From contig JAINCQ010000040.1 of assembly GCA_036574205.1 (NCBI GenBank), positions 45,428-109,427 on the forward strand: DNA of 64,000 nt, read 5' to 3'. Shown piece by piece: positions 48,149 to 58,295 of this stretch. Every line of letters starts with the position of its first letter. The first letter of the stretch is position 1. The stretch comes from Elusimicrobiota bacterium. Its GTDB lineage: Bacteria > Elusimicrobiota > Elusimicrobia > Elusimicrobiales > UBA9959. The position numbers and the translations under genes are program-made. The notes under the pieces are model-generated. The model searched no databases. It worked only from the letters and a program-made list of their open reading frames with translations, and was not told where the DNA came from.

Positions 48149-51100
48149 CTATCTTTTATTCTGATTTATAGCTTTAACAAGTTCAACTCTAAGTTTTTCC
48201 AGCTCAGCCTCTTTTCTTGCATATTCTCTTTCCAAATTTATTCTTTCCTCGTTAAGCGCTTTTTCTTTTTCCATCAACTCAGCTTTTTTGCTGGAAAGCT
48301 CTTTTTCATATAAGATTATTTTATCATTTATTGCCTTTTCCATTTCAACAATCTCTCTCCTGTTTTCCATTATCAAAGCATCTTTTTCATCAAGCGCTTT
48401 TTTGAAATCAGATATAACATTTTCTAACTCTGTTATTTTATTAATATAGGATTGCTTCTCCGACGCAAAATTTTCCATAAGATTATCTATATTTTTTCTA
48501 TAATTTTCTTTAATTTCAGCTATGTTTTTTTCATAAATTTCTACTCTGGTTTTATATTCCATAACAGCAGCGTTTATTTCTTTTTCAACCTGCTCTTTTA
48601 AAATATCTTTGTATTGTCTTTCTATGTTTTTTGTATACTCAATAAATTGTTTTTCCTTTTCATAAAGAAGATTTTCAAGCTCTATGTTTTTTCTGGACAT
48701 CTCATCAGCTTTTGAAGAAAGTAGAATTAAAGAATTTTCAATCCTTTCCTTTTCCATTTTAATATAATTTAACCTGTCTTCATACTCCTTTTTAATAGCT
48801 TCTATCTCATTATTATACTCAATACTTTTTTCTTTAAGAGATTTATCTATCTGATATTGGTATTTTTCCTGAAGAGCTCTTAAATTATCATCCTTTTTAA
48901 TTAGTTCATTTTCATAAAATTTTGTTATTTCATCAACTTTTTTCTGATAAGATGTTTTAGTTTCATTAATTTCTTTTTCAAGACGTTCCGCTCTGGATTC
49001 ATAAGACGACAACTGTTTTAAAAGCTCGCTTTTAACTTCTTCCATTTGTTTTTGATGTTCACTTTTTAAATTCTCTATTTCAATCTTTTTGCTATTTAAA
49101 ATTTCATTTATTTCCTTTTGATATTCTATTTCTTTTTCTTTCCCTTCACTCATAATTTTTTCATATCGGTTGTTTGCATCTACAATTTCCTTTTCAAGAA
49201 CTTTTATTTTATTTTGATATTCCAGCACAGTTTTAGATTGCATTTTAATGATATTCTCAATTTCTTTTTTATTTTGCTCTATAATTTCACTTATCCTATT
49301 TTCATAGGATTTCTTAAGTTCCTCAATTTCGTTTTTTAAAGCTTTTAACTGAGATTCATACTCCTGATTTATTAAAGATATTCTGGATATTTCTTCTTTA
49401 AGTTCTTCAGATTTATTCATCTCTCTTTCGATAGCAGAATCATAAATTTTCTTCTGCTCAGATATTATCTCATCCAGCTTTTCATTAAATTCTTTTTCTA
49501 CCAAAGTTCTTATTTCAGATACCTTTTTGGAATATGAATTATTAATCTCATTCATTTTTTGAGAAAGAGCATTATTTTCAGTCATTAAATCCGCCACTTC
49601 TTTCTTTGATTTTTCATATTCCTCTTTAATCTCTTTTATCATCCTCTCATAATTACTTCGCTCACCCTCCCATATACCCCTTTCCGATTCAATCATTTCA
49701 GTATACTTCTTTAAAACTTCCTTCTCCTTCTCTTTGAAATCCTTTTCTATTTCAGAAATTCTCTTATTATATTCCTTCGTTAAATTCTCCTTAACCTCCA
49801 TTATCTTTTGCTCCTGCTCCTTCGCTCTCTCTTCTATCATCACTTCATATCTCTTCTTTAATTCTGTCATCTCATTATTAAGCTTCTCCTTCTCTTCTCT
49901 AAGTAATGCTATATCTGCATTAAGCCTCTCCCTCTCGGCTAATATCTCTCTCTCATTCCTATCCCTTAACTCCTTCAGATCTTTCTCCTTCTCCTCCTCC
50001 TTCAGCATTATCATCTCTTTTAGATTCTGTTGCCATTTCCTGTCGTTTTCTATCAACCTCTCATTAAGAACCTTTATCTCTTCATTCATCTCATTTATCT
50101 TCTTTATAAAATTATCCTTCATCGCTTTTATCTCTTCCTCGTATTTCAATGCACTCTCCTTCTCAACCTTGCTTATGCTCTCCTCCATTAGCTTCTCGGT
50201 CTTAGTTATCTCAGACTTCATCTCCTCATTCCTCTTCTTCAGTTCCATTATCTCTTTCTCATAATAATCCCTCTGTGCCTTCACAGATTCTTCAAGTTTA
50301 GCCTTGTATTCGTTTTCAATAGCTTTCCTCTGTTCATCCATCTCCTTTATGTGATTAAATTCCTTCTCCTTTATCTCACTAAGCAGATTCTTGTTCTTCT
50401 CCACCAACTCCTTCACCTCACCCTCTAAACTCATCCTCTCGCCCTTTAACCCCTCTATTACCCTGTTATACCTCCCTTCTAGATCTAACCTAACCGCTTC
50501 AACCTTAGCCTCCTTATCCCTCTTAAATTCTTCCATCGCTTGCTCATATTCAGCCCTCTTTGCCTCTATAACCCCTTTGAGCTTCGTTATCTCTAATTCG
50601 TAACTCTTCATTATCCCTTCCCTCTCAGCTGCAATCTTATTCTGATATTCCTCCCTCAGCGATTTCAGCTCACCTTCATAATAGCTCTTACTTCTACTTA
50701 TCTCCTCAATTAAGTTCTTGTTCTCCTCTTTAAGCTCTTTTACCATTCTTTCAAAATTCTCCCTCTCTCCACGCCAGATCTCCCTTTCATTTGCCAACCG
50801 CTCGGCATAACTATTTTTTAACTCTTCTTCCTTTAATTTTAGCTGATCATTGATCTGTTTTATCTTAAACTCATAACTTTCAATCAATTTCTGCTCTACT
50901 TCTGTCTTCTCTTTTTCTTTTTCCTGAATTACTTCTCTTAGCTTTTCAGAATTTTCTTTTATAATATTTTTTATTGAATCTTTGAGTTTTTCTATCTCAA
51001 ATTCATATTGTTTTGAAATACTTTCTTTTTCTTGATCTAACTTTAATATTCTGCTATTATATATCTCTTCTATTTTCTTCGTATTTTGAGAAATTTCATT

Positions 51101-54100
51101 AAAAAGTTTTTCATTATACTCCTTCTCAAGCATTGATTTTTCTTCGTTAAATGTTTTCTCCATTTCTACTATTTTTTTTCTGAGATCACTTATTGTTTTA
51201 TTAGCATCTTCAATGCTACTATATAACTCAATATTGGTTTTATTGGCCGCTTCTTTTTCAGATAAAAGCCTATCAAGTTTCGTCTCATAGTCTTTTTTTA
51301 ACTCCTCATATTTTCTTTGATAATCGCTCATTAACTCTATTTTGAGGTTGGTGAATTTTTCCTCAAAGCTTGCTGATTCTTCACTAAGTTTTGATTTATA
51401 ATATTCCTCTTTTTCTCTACTTATCTTATTTTCAAAGTCTCTTAGTTTTTTCTCCCAACTGAAATTAATCTCGTTTATTTGACTTTCAAATTTTGCTATC
51501 TGTTCATCTTTATATTTGAGAGTTTCCAGAAGCTGTTTTATTCTTTCTTCAGATTCCCTAACTTTTTTAGATAAACTTTCTGTTTCTAACTTAATTATCT
51601 CATTTAATTTTTTCTCAAAATTATTTTCAAGAGCTGCTCTAAACTCAGCCATTTTTTTATTAGAATCAAGCTCTATCTCACCAATCCTATTGGATAAATC
51701 GTTGTTTTCTGAGATAAGTCCAACTATAACCTGCTGAGAATTCTGATATATTTCTCTCAGCTCATTTATAACCTTTTCATAATTGGCTTTCTCTCTTTGC
51801 CACAGCTCTTTCTCTCGTTCAAGTATTTCAGAATATTTTTTTGAAAGTTCATCTTCTTTTAAAGCATAATCATTTTTAATTCCTTTTAACCGCTCAGCAT
51901 ACTCTTTTTCAATTTCTTTACGCATCTCACAAATTTTATCTTCATAATTTTTTTCCATTTCCCTAATTGTATTTTTATATTCTGCTTCAATCTCTTTAAT
52001 CAATACCTCCTGATCCTGTTTTTCTTTCTCAAATTTTTCCTTTTCCTCATTAAGTTTGATTTCATAAGACTTTTTAATCTCTTCTATCTTTGATATTTCT
52101 CTCTTAAGAATTTCTTCTTTTTCCATTATTACCGAAAGAACTCTTTCATCATTTTCCTGCTTCAATCTTAAAATTTCCTCTTTAAGTGATTCTATCTCTT
52201 CCTCTTTTCTTTTTATATCCACTTCATATTTTTGAGAAATATCTTTTAAATTAGTCTCAAACCTCAGATTTAACTCCAACATTTTTTGGGAAAAATCCTC
52301 ATCTTTTTTCGCCAACATTTTATGATATTCCTTTTCTTTTGCCTCAAATTTCGTTCTTTCTTCATCAATTATTTTTTCAAAATTTCTTGAAAGCTCATCT
52401 TTTACTTCTTTTATTTTCTTGTTGTAAAAATCTATTAATCCATTTTTTTCAACTTCAAAATCAGAATCTTTCTCCATTAATCTTTGTTTTAATTTTTCTA
52501 TTTCAGCTTTATAATCAGTTTTTATTTTTTCAAGATTTTCAATTCTTTCAGCAAACTCTTTTTCTTTCTCTCTTAAAACACATGCTATTTTGTCGTTATA
52601 TTCTTTTTCTTTGGCGGACATAACATCAATCAACTCTGAAACTTTTTTTCTGTACTCCTCTAATTTCTTTTCATATTCTGCTGAAATAGTGCTTTCTTTT
52701 TCAGCTAATATTGCATCATGCTTCTTCCTTTCATCTTCAAGTATTTTTTTAAGACTTTCTATAGTTGAAAGATAATTTGATTTTAATTTTTCAAGTTCAG
52801 ATATTTGTTTGGCAAGTTCAGCATCTTTTTGAGAAATTATTTCAGAAATTTTTGTGTCAAATTCAGATTGTTTTTTTGAAAGTTCTGTTAGAAGATTGTT
52901 TATTCTTTGTTCCTTGTATGAAAGCTCCTGAGAAAAAATCTCAGAGAGGTTCTTCTTTTGCTCTTCAAACTCGGCGCAAAGATCTCGTTTCTGGTTTTCA
53001 TAAAATTCTTCAAGATCCTTCAATTGTTTTTTATTTTCTTCTGAAAGTTTTCTTACAGCCTCTTCTATCTCTCTGTTCTTATCCTCTATTATTTTCCTAA
53101 TTTTATCTTCATAATCAAGTTCAATTCTTGAAATTTTATTCCTTAGTTGTTTTATCTCTTCAATATTGCTGAATCTTATCGCCTCAAGCCTGTTTATTTC
53201 ATCATGAAGCTCTTTCTCTCTGCTTTCTATAAAAGAAACAAGTCTGTTTTCAAATTCCTTCTCCTTTTCAGCAATACTTAAGTTTAGTTTTTCTATTACG
53301 GAAATATATTCTTTAATTTTCAACTCATAGTTTTCTTTTATTTTTATATATTCATCATTTGCCTTTTTTAATTCTTTCTCATACTCCTGTTTTATAATTT
53401 CAATCTGCTTGTCTTTTTCATCATACAACCTGGCTTTAATCTTTTCTATTTTAGTTTCATATTCCTTTTCCTTGAGAGTAAATTTTTCTGCCATTTCATT
53501 TAATTGTTTTTTGTAGTTTTCTTTAGCTTCGTTAAGTTTTTTAATCTCATCAAGCAACTCAGATTCTTTTATAGACATCATTTCAACTACTTTATCATCA
53601 AAATGTCTTTGAATCTGGAAATATCTTGCTTCAAATTCTTTAAGCCTTATATCTTTTTCGTTTATAATCTCGTTATAAACAGCTTCCTTTTCTTTAAACT
53701 TAGCCTCATATTCTTCTTTCATTGCAATCTGGGCTTTATTAAATTTTGTTTCCATAGCGGAAATCTTTTCATTATAATCCTTGAGCAAAGATTCTTTTTG
53801 TTTTTCCATAGTTTCATAAAGTTGTTTTATTTTATCAGAAAGCTCCCGGTTTATAGCATAGAGTTTCTCCCTTTCCTCTTCAAATTTTTTAATATTCTTA
53901 CCATATTCTAAGTCCCTTTCACTTACCTGATTTAAAAGTTCCTGACGAAAATTTTCTTTGATATCAGATATCTCTTTTTCAAGATTTTTTATAATATTTT
54001 GACTTTCAATATATTTAGCTTCCATCTCTTTTGCTCTGGCAGAAAGCCTTTCCCTTTCAGCATCAAAGGATCTATGTATTTTTTCTATCTCCTCCTTTCT

Positions 54101-54838
54101 TTCAATCTCCATTGCATTAATTTTTTTGTGGAAATTATGTAAGAGTAAATCACTCATTTTTTTATGATTTTCTTCAAGCTCTTGCTTTTTAACCTCATAT
54201 TCCATCAAAATAGAAGCTTTTTCTGCTTCAAGAGTCTCTTCTCTGTCTTTTAATCTTTTCTCAAGTTCCCCAACTTTAAGCTTCATCTCTTCTTCTTTTT
54301 CCCTGTATCTTGCCTCCATCTCAGCTGTTTTTTTCAGGTAGTCATCTTCCAGATTTTTTTTGAGTTCATCATATTTTTTCTGCGCCTGCGAAAGTCTTAA
54401 GGCATAATCATTTTCAAGTTCAAGAATCCTTTTATTCCAGTTGTCTATAGCATTTCTTTGATTTCTATCAAGCTCTTCAAAACGTTTCTGATATTCTTCC
54501 TCAAGCTCTTTTCTTAATATCTCAATTTTTGCTTCTTTCTTTATCAAATCGTTTATATCAAGTTTTCCCTCCCCTAAAAGAGATATGGTCGCTTCAAGTT
54601 TTTTGTAAAAGTCCTCCTTTTCTTCAACGGTCTTAAGTCTTGAAGAAAGATTGAACTCTATTTGAGAAAGCCTTTCTGAAAGTTTTTTCTTTTCTTCTTC
54701 AAGAAACTCCACATTCTTCTTTAAATCTATTTTTTCTTTTTCAAGGTTAGATATTTTCTCAAGTGCCCATCTCAAACTCATTCTGGCAGTATCGATATTT
54801 GAAATATCACCGATAATTCTTTCTATATCATTTTCCAT
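48149..54838 (-). CDS. Giant all-helical coiled-coil protein (2229 aa) with internal repeats
   Basis: 6.7 kb open frame, GGAG RBS, E/K-rich; no Pro, Walker motif, hinge or TM seen. Confidence 0.88.
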   Translation of the reverse strand: MENDIERIIGDISNIDTARMSLRWALEKISNLEKEKIDLKKNVEFLEEEKKKLSERLSQIEFNLSSRLKTVEEKEDFYKKLEATISLLGEGKLDINDLIKKEAKIEILRKELEEEYQKRFEELDRNQRNAIDNWNKRILELENDYALRLSQAQKKYDELKKNLEDDYLKKTAEMEARYREKEEEMKLKVGELEKRLKDREETLEAEKASILMEYEVKKQELEENHKKMSDLLLHNFHKKINAMEIERKEEIEKIHRSFDAERERLSARAKEMEAKYIESQNIIKNLEKEISDIKENFRQELLNQVSERDLEYGKNIKKFEEEREKLYAINRELSDKIKQLYETMEKQKESLLKDYNEKISAMETKFNKAQIAMKEEYEAKFKEKEAVYNEIINEKDIRLKEFEARYFQIQRHFDDKVVEMMSIKESELLDEIKKLNEAKENYKKQLNEMAEKFTLKEKEYETKIEKIKARLYDEKDKQIEIIKQEYEKELKKANDEYIKIKENYELKIKEYISVIEKLNLSIAEKEKEFENRLVSFIESREKELHDEINRLEAIRFSNIEEIKQLRNKISRIELDYEDKIRKIIEDKNREIEEAVRKLSEENKKQLKDLEEFYENQKRDLCAEFEEQKKNLSEIFSQELSYKEQRINNLLTELSKKQSEFDTKISEIISQKDAELAKQISELEKLKSNYLSTIESLKKILEDERKKHDAILAEKESTISAEYEKKLEEYRKKVSELIDVMSAKEKEYNDKIACVLREKEKEFAERIENLEKIKTDYKAEIEKLKQRLMEKDSDFEVEKNGLIDFYNKKIKEVKDELSRNFEKIIDEERTKFEAKEKEYHKMLAKKDEDFSQKMLELNLRFETNLKDISQKYEVDIKRKEEEIESLKEEILRLKQENDERVLSVIMEKEEILKREISKIEEIKKSYEIKLNEEKEKFEKEKQDQEVLIKEIEAEYKNTIREMEKNYEDKICEMRKEIEKEYAERLKGIKNDYALKEDELSKKYSEILEREKELWQREKANYEKVINELREIYQNSQQVIVGLISENNDLSNRIGEIELDSNKKMAEFRAALENNFEKKLNEIIKLETESLSKKVRESEERIKQLLETLKYKDEQIAKFESQINEINFSWEKKLRDFENKISREKEEYYKSKLSEESASFEEKFTNLKIELMSDYQRKYEELKKDYETKLDRLLSEKEAANKTNIELYSSIEDANKTISDLRKKIVEMEKTFNEEKSMLEKEYNEKLFNEISQNTKKIEEIYNSRILKLDQEKESISKQYEFEIEKLKDSIKNIIKENSEKLREVIQEKEKEKTEVEQKLIESYEFKIKQINDQLKLKEEELKNSYAERLANEREIWRGERENFERMVKELKEENKNLIEEISRSKSYYEGELKSLREEYQNKIAAEREGIMKSYELEITKLKGVIEAKRAEYEQAMEEFKRDKEAKVEAVRLDLEGRYNRVIEGLKGERMSLEGEVKELVEKNKNLLSEIKEKEFNHIKEMDEQRKAIENEYKAKLEESVKAQRDYYEKEIMELKKRNEEMKSEITKTEKLMEESISKVEKESALKYEEEIKAMKDNFIKKINEMNEEIKVLNERLIENDRKWQQNLKEMIMLKEEEKEKDLKELRDRNEREILAERERLNADIALLREEKEKLNNEMTELKKRYEVMIEERAKEQEQKIMEVKENLTKEYNKRISEIEKDFKEKEKEVLKKYTEMIESERGIWEGERSNYERMIKEIKEEYEKSKKEVADLMTENNALSQKMNEINNSYSKKVSEIRTLVEKEFNEKLDEIISEQKKIYDSAIEREMNKSEELKEEISRISLINQEYESQLKALKNEIEELKKSYENRISEIIEQNKKEIENIIKMQSKTVLEYQNKIKVLEKEIVDANNRYEKIMSEGKEKEIEYQKEINEILNSKKIEIENLKSEHQKQMEEVKSELLKQLSSYESRAERLEKEINETKTSYQKKVDEITKFYENELIKKDDNLRALQEKYQYQIDKSLKEKSIEYNNEIEAIKKEYEDRLNYIKMEKERIENSLILLSSKADEMSRKNIELENLLYEKEKQFIEYTKNIERQYKDILKEQVEKEINAAVMEYKTRVEIYEKNIAEIKENYRKNIDNLMENFASEKQSYINKITELENVISDFKKALDEKDALIMENRREIVEMEKAINDKIILYEKELSSKKAELMEKEKALNEERINLEREYARKEAELEKLRVELVKAINQNKR

Positions 54839-54997
54839 AATTTGCTCCGTTTTAAATATTCTATATTAAAATATATAAAATGTTTATTAAATAGATATTA
54901 AATAATTATTTCATAACGCACTGATTTACTTCATTCTTATTTTATAAAAACTGTAAAAGTTAAATATAGACAACTAAATCAGGTAAAATATATATAT

Positions 54998-55411
54998 ATG
55001 AGAAAAATTTTTTTTATCCTTATGGCATCTTTTTTTGTTTACCTGATTTATAAAAGCAGGATTATCATATACAGCAATCTGATAAACATACATGGTAATA
55101 TTGAAATAGAGGAAGGACTTAACAAAGGGTTTAAACCAAATTCCGTTTTATACATAATACTAAAAAATGAAAAAGGGAATACATTTGCTATTAAAGAATA
55201 TATAAATCCAGTTTTTCCTCTTAAATTTAAGATAACAAAAAAGAATGTTTTATTTCCCGATCTAACTACTTTTAAGACAAATATCTATGCTACCTTAAAT
55301 TATCATGGAGAAATAGGCAGCTTAAAAAAAGGGGATTTGATCTCGGATAATCTAAACATAAATATATTCTCAAGAAATGCAAATATAAAAATAGACAAGA
55401 TAAAACAGTAA
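54998..55411 (+). CDS. Hypothetical membrane-anchored protein resembling the C-terminal Ig-like domain of CcmI/CycH
   Basis: N-terminal TM; VLYII......FAIK....P.FPL.F.I....V.....A.L...G......GDL pattern. Confidence 0.5.
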   Translation: MRKIFFILMASFFVYLIYKSRIIIYSNLINIHGNIEIEEGLNKGFKPNSVLYIILKNEKGNTFAIKEYINPVFPLKFKITKKNVLFPDLTTFKTNIYATLNYHGEIGSLKKGDLISDNLNINIFSRNANIKIDKIKQ

Positions 55412-55420
55412 GTTTAGCAT

Positions 55421-55990
55421 TTATTTATTAAAAACATTCATCGTTTTTTTAATTCCTGCCGAAACAAAAGAATTAATTATTTCAGGGAATTTTGCAATGA
55501 AAGTATCAAACCTTTGCTTTTCAAAGCTGGTAAAATCAGAAAGAACATAGTCGCTTAAATCAACATTATCTGGCTTTGGACCTATACCAATTCTTATTCT
55601 TGATATCTCATCTGTTTTAAAATTTTTTATCACAGATTCCATTCCATTATGCCCTCCAGAGCTTCCTTTTTCTCTTATTCTTATTCTGCCAATCTCAATA
55701 TCCACATCGTCATATATAATTATCAGATTTATTACAGTAAGTGAGTTATATTCACAAAATCTTTTAACAGCCAAACCGGAGTTATTCATAAATAAAAGTG
55801 GTTTTACGAAATAGACCCTGACATCACCAAGATTTTTCTCAAAAAAATCAACTTCTGATTTAAAATTTTGATAATCTTTCAGATTAAAATACTCTTTCAA
55901 ATAATCAATTACAATAAAACCCGCATTGTGTCTGGTAAGTTTATATTTTTCCCCCGGATTGCCAAGTCCAACAAAACAAAATTTATCCAT
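55421..55990 (-). CDS. pth: Peptidyl-tRNA hydrolase
   Basis: VGLGNPG..Y..TRHNAGF, FMNNSG, GSSGGHNG, RIRIGIG. Confidence 0.97.
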   Translation of the reverse strand: MDKFCFVGLGNPGEKYKLTRHNAGFIVIDYLKEYFNLKDYQNFKSEVDFFEKNLGDVRVYFVKPLLFMNNSGLAVKRFCEYNSLTVINLIIIYDDVDIEIGRIRIREKGSSGGHNGMESVIKNFKTDEISRIRIGIGPKPDNVDLSDYVLSDFTSFEKQRFDTFIAKFPEIINSFVSAGIKKTMNVFNK

Positions 55991-56045
55991 TTATCTCACC
56001 AAGCAAAAACTACTATTTATTTCCAGCCACCTTTAAAAACTGATT

Positions 56046-56741
56046 TTATTTTTTATCTCCTTTTTTAGGCTCTTTCTCTGAATCTTTTGAGGAAGATGAA
56101 TCTGTCTTTTCTTCAGCGCCTTCGGCTTTCTTTCCTTTTTCTATAACTTCAGGCTGCTCGGTTTGAGTTGCGGCGGGAGTTGCAATTTCTTCTTTAGCCG
56201 ATATTACACTAACAATAATATTTTCAGGATTTTCTCTTATCTCAAACTTTTCGGATTTTAAGTCTTTTATCCTTATAGAATCACCTATCTTAAGATTTGT
56301 AAGATCAACCTCTATATTAGCTGGTATATTAGCAGGCAAACATCGCACAGTTATTTCTCTCATATCATACTCTATCAACCCACCCTGCGTTTTAACCCCA
56401 TAAGCTTCTCCAATAAATTTGATCGGAACCTTAATATCTATTTTCTTATCCATCATAACTCTATGAAAATCCACATGAATAATTTTATCTGTAACTACAT
56501 GTTTATGCAACTCCTTTATAATGACTTTCTCTTCGGCATTATTGTATTTTATAGTTATTATAGAATTTCTTGCCTCTTTTAAAACCTTCTCAATATCAAT
56601 AGCATTTACTGAAATATTTACTGGTTTTCTATCACTGCCATATATTACAGCAGGAACCATTTTTGAATTTCTTAAATTTTTGAGTTCGCTTCTTACGCCC
56701 GGTTTACTCCTTATCGCTGCGTTGACAACTATTTCCTTCAT
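56046..56741 (-). CDS. rplY: 50S ribosomal protein L25 / Ctc form
   Basis: VPAVIYG, IHVDF, G.A.GVK..GG, CLP.NIP..IEVD; GGAGG RBS; adjacent to pth. Confidence 0.95.
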   Translation of the reverse strand: MKEIVVNAAIRSKPGVRSELKNLRNSKMVPAVIYGSDRKPVNISVNAIDIEKVLKEARNSIITIKYNNAEEKVIIKELHKHVVTDKIIHVDFHRVMMDKKIDIKVPIKFIGEAYGVKTQGGLIEYDMREITVRCLPANIPANIEVDLTNLKIGDSIRIKDLKSEKFEIRENPENIIVSVISAKEEIATPAATQTEQPEVIEKGKKAEGAEEKTDSSSSKDSEKEPKKGDKK

Positions 56742-56866
56742 ATTTCCTCCATAAAAAGGTTTAAAATCTGAATATAACCTTTTATCAATAAACAAACTTA
56801 GGGCTCAAGCCCTTATTATTCTATTTTATCAAATTTTCAATTCTATTGAACCCCTTTTAAAATATC

Positions 56867-58294
56867 CTATTTTTGATTTTGATCTTCAATAATTTCCGAA
56901 TAACTTTTTATCCCATTCCTTCCGTGTGATTTGACCCAATATAAAGCTTCATCTGAGTTTGAAAGAAGATCTTCCATATTTTTAGCATCATCCGGGTAAC
57001 TTGCTATCCCCATACTTGTTGTTATCTGCAAGCTTTTGTTTATCTCAAATCCACTAAGATCCACTCTTATCTTCTTAATTTCATCGCTTAACCTTTTTGC
57101 AAGCCCAAGAGCATGTTCTTTGCTGCTTTGCGGCAAAAGAATAACTATCTCATCTCCACCATAACGACATGGGAAATCTATTTTTCTTATTGTTCTAATT
57201 ATACATTTAGAGACTTCTCTCAAAACCGCATCTCCAACCTGATGACCAAAACTATCATTTATTTCTTTAAAATAGTCTATATCTATCCAGATAAGCGAAA
57301 GGCTTTGATTAAATCGCACAGCGCGATAAAACTCTTCCTGAAACCTTTGATTGAAATATCGTCTTATTGGAAGTTTTGTAAGCTCATCATATAATGACAT
57401 CTCCTGTATCTTCTCAAATAAAACAATATTCTCCATTGCAAGGGCTATAAGAGATGAAAAAGATTTTAATAAATCTATATAATATTCCCTGATAGGCAAT
57501 CTACTTAAAAGGTTATCCACAACAATAATACCTATTTTATTATAATCAATCTTAAGTGGCAGATAAACAAGGTATTCCTTTACCACTACATCCTCACCGC
57601 TCATAAGGATATCTACAAGGGTAGAGTTACCACTTTTAAAAGAAATGACATCGTGGGAAATATCATTTATTTTCATTGTCCTATCTATACTATAAACACC
57701 ACAAAGGGTATTTTTGGTTTCGTCTACCCTGTAGAGCCTTATCCTGTCAAAACTAAAAAAATTTTCAAGTCCTCTCATCATAAATTTAAACCCTTCTTTC
57801 TCCCTTATGCTTTTTGCAAATATTTTACCAAGAGAAGTTGAGATATTAAGATTCCTGTAATATGTTTCCCTTAAGATCTCAAAATCAACCTTATAATATT
57901 CAAACATTTGAGAAGCTATTTGATCCTTTATCTTGGCCAGCTCTCTACCAGAATATTTTTTTCCGTCAAACCTCTCTACCCTGAATATAAATCTTCTCTC
58001 TCCAGTTTCAGATATCTGACTTTTAAAAACATACGGTATATACACAAAAACACATTTTCCCACTTTTACAGGATAATTAAGCCCTGAAAGAATGGCATCA
58101 TAAAACTCTTTGGATTCTTTAACCCAGACATACTCTGTATGTTCAAACACTATATCCAATCTTAACCTTAAAACCGCTTTTAATATACTTAATCTTTGCG
58201 AATATTCAAAAACCGTAATATTTTTTATACCACAGTTTTCCGCCAGCTTTGATAATATGCTTTTTATAAAATTTACTTCGTTTATGTTTTCCAT
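56867..58294 (-). CDS. GAF-like + GGDEF diguanylate cyclase (cytoplasmic)
   Basis: DELTKL, DIDYFK.IND.FGHQVGD, RKID (RxxD I-site) upstream of RYGGDEI, T.S.GIA.YP, ALY..K..GRN. Confidence 0.9.
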   Translation of the reverse strand: MENINEVNFIKSILSKLAENCGIKNITVFEYSQRLSILKAVLRLRLDIVFEHTEYVWVKESKEFYDAILSGLNYPVKVGKCVFVYIPYVFKSQISETGERRFIFRVERFDGKKYSGRELAKIKDQIASQMFEYYKVDFEILRETYYRNLNISTSLGKIFAKSIREKEGFKFMMRGLENFFSFDRIRLYRVDETKNTLCGVYSIDRTMKINDISHDVISFKSGNSTLVDILMSGEDVVVKEYLVYLPLKIDYNKIGIIVVDNLLSRLPIREYYIDLLKSFSSLIALAMENIVLFEKIQEMSLYDELTKLPIRRYFNQRFQEEFYRAVRFNQSLSLIWIDIDYFKEINDSFGHQVGDAVLREVSKCIIRTIRKIDFPCRYGGDEIVILLPQSSKEHALGLAKRLSDEIKKIRVDLSGFEINKSLQITTSMGIASYPDDAKNMEDLLSNSDEALYWVKSHGRNGIKSYSEIIEDQNQK

Positions 58295-58295
58295 A

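Noticed and set aside
49118..53911. Several F/S/L-rich + strand ORFs
   Set aside because: Antisense artefacts of the E/K-rich giant gene; the same applies to the other short antisense ORFs in the track.
48149..54838. SMC/SbcC ATPase or phage tape-measure protein
   Set aside because: No Walker A/B, signature or hinge; no phage genes nearby; composition is E/K-rich rather than A/G-rich.
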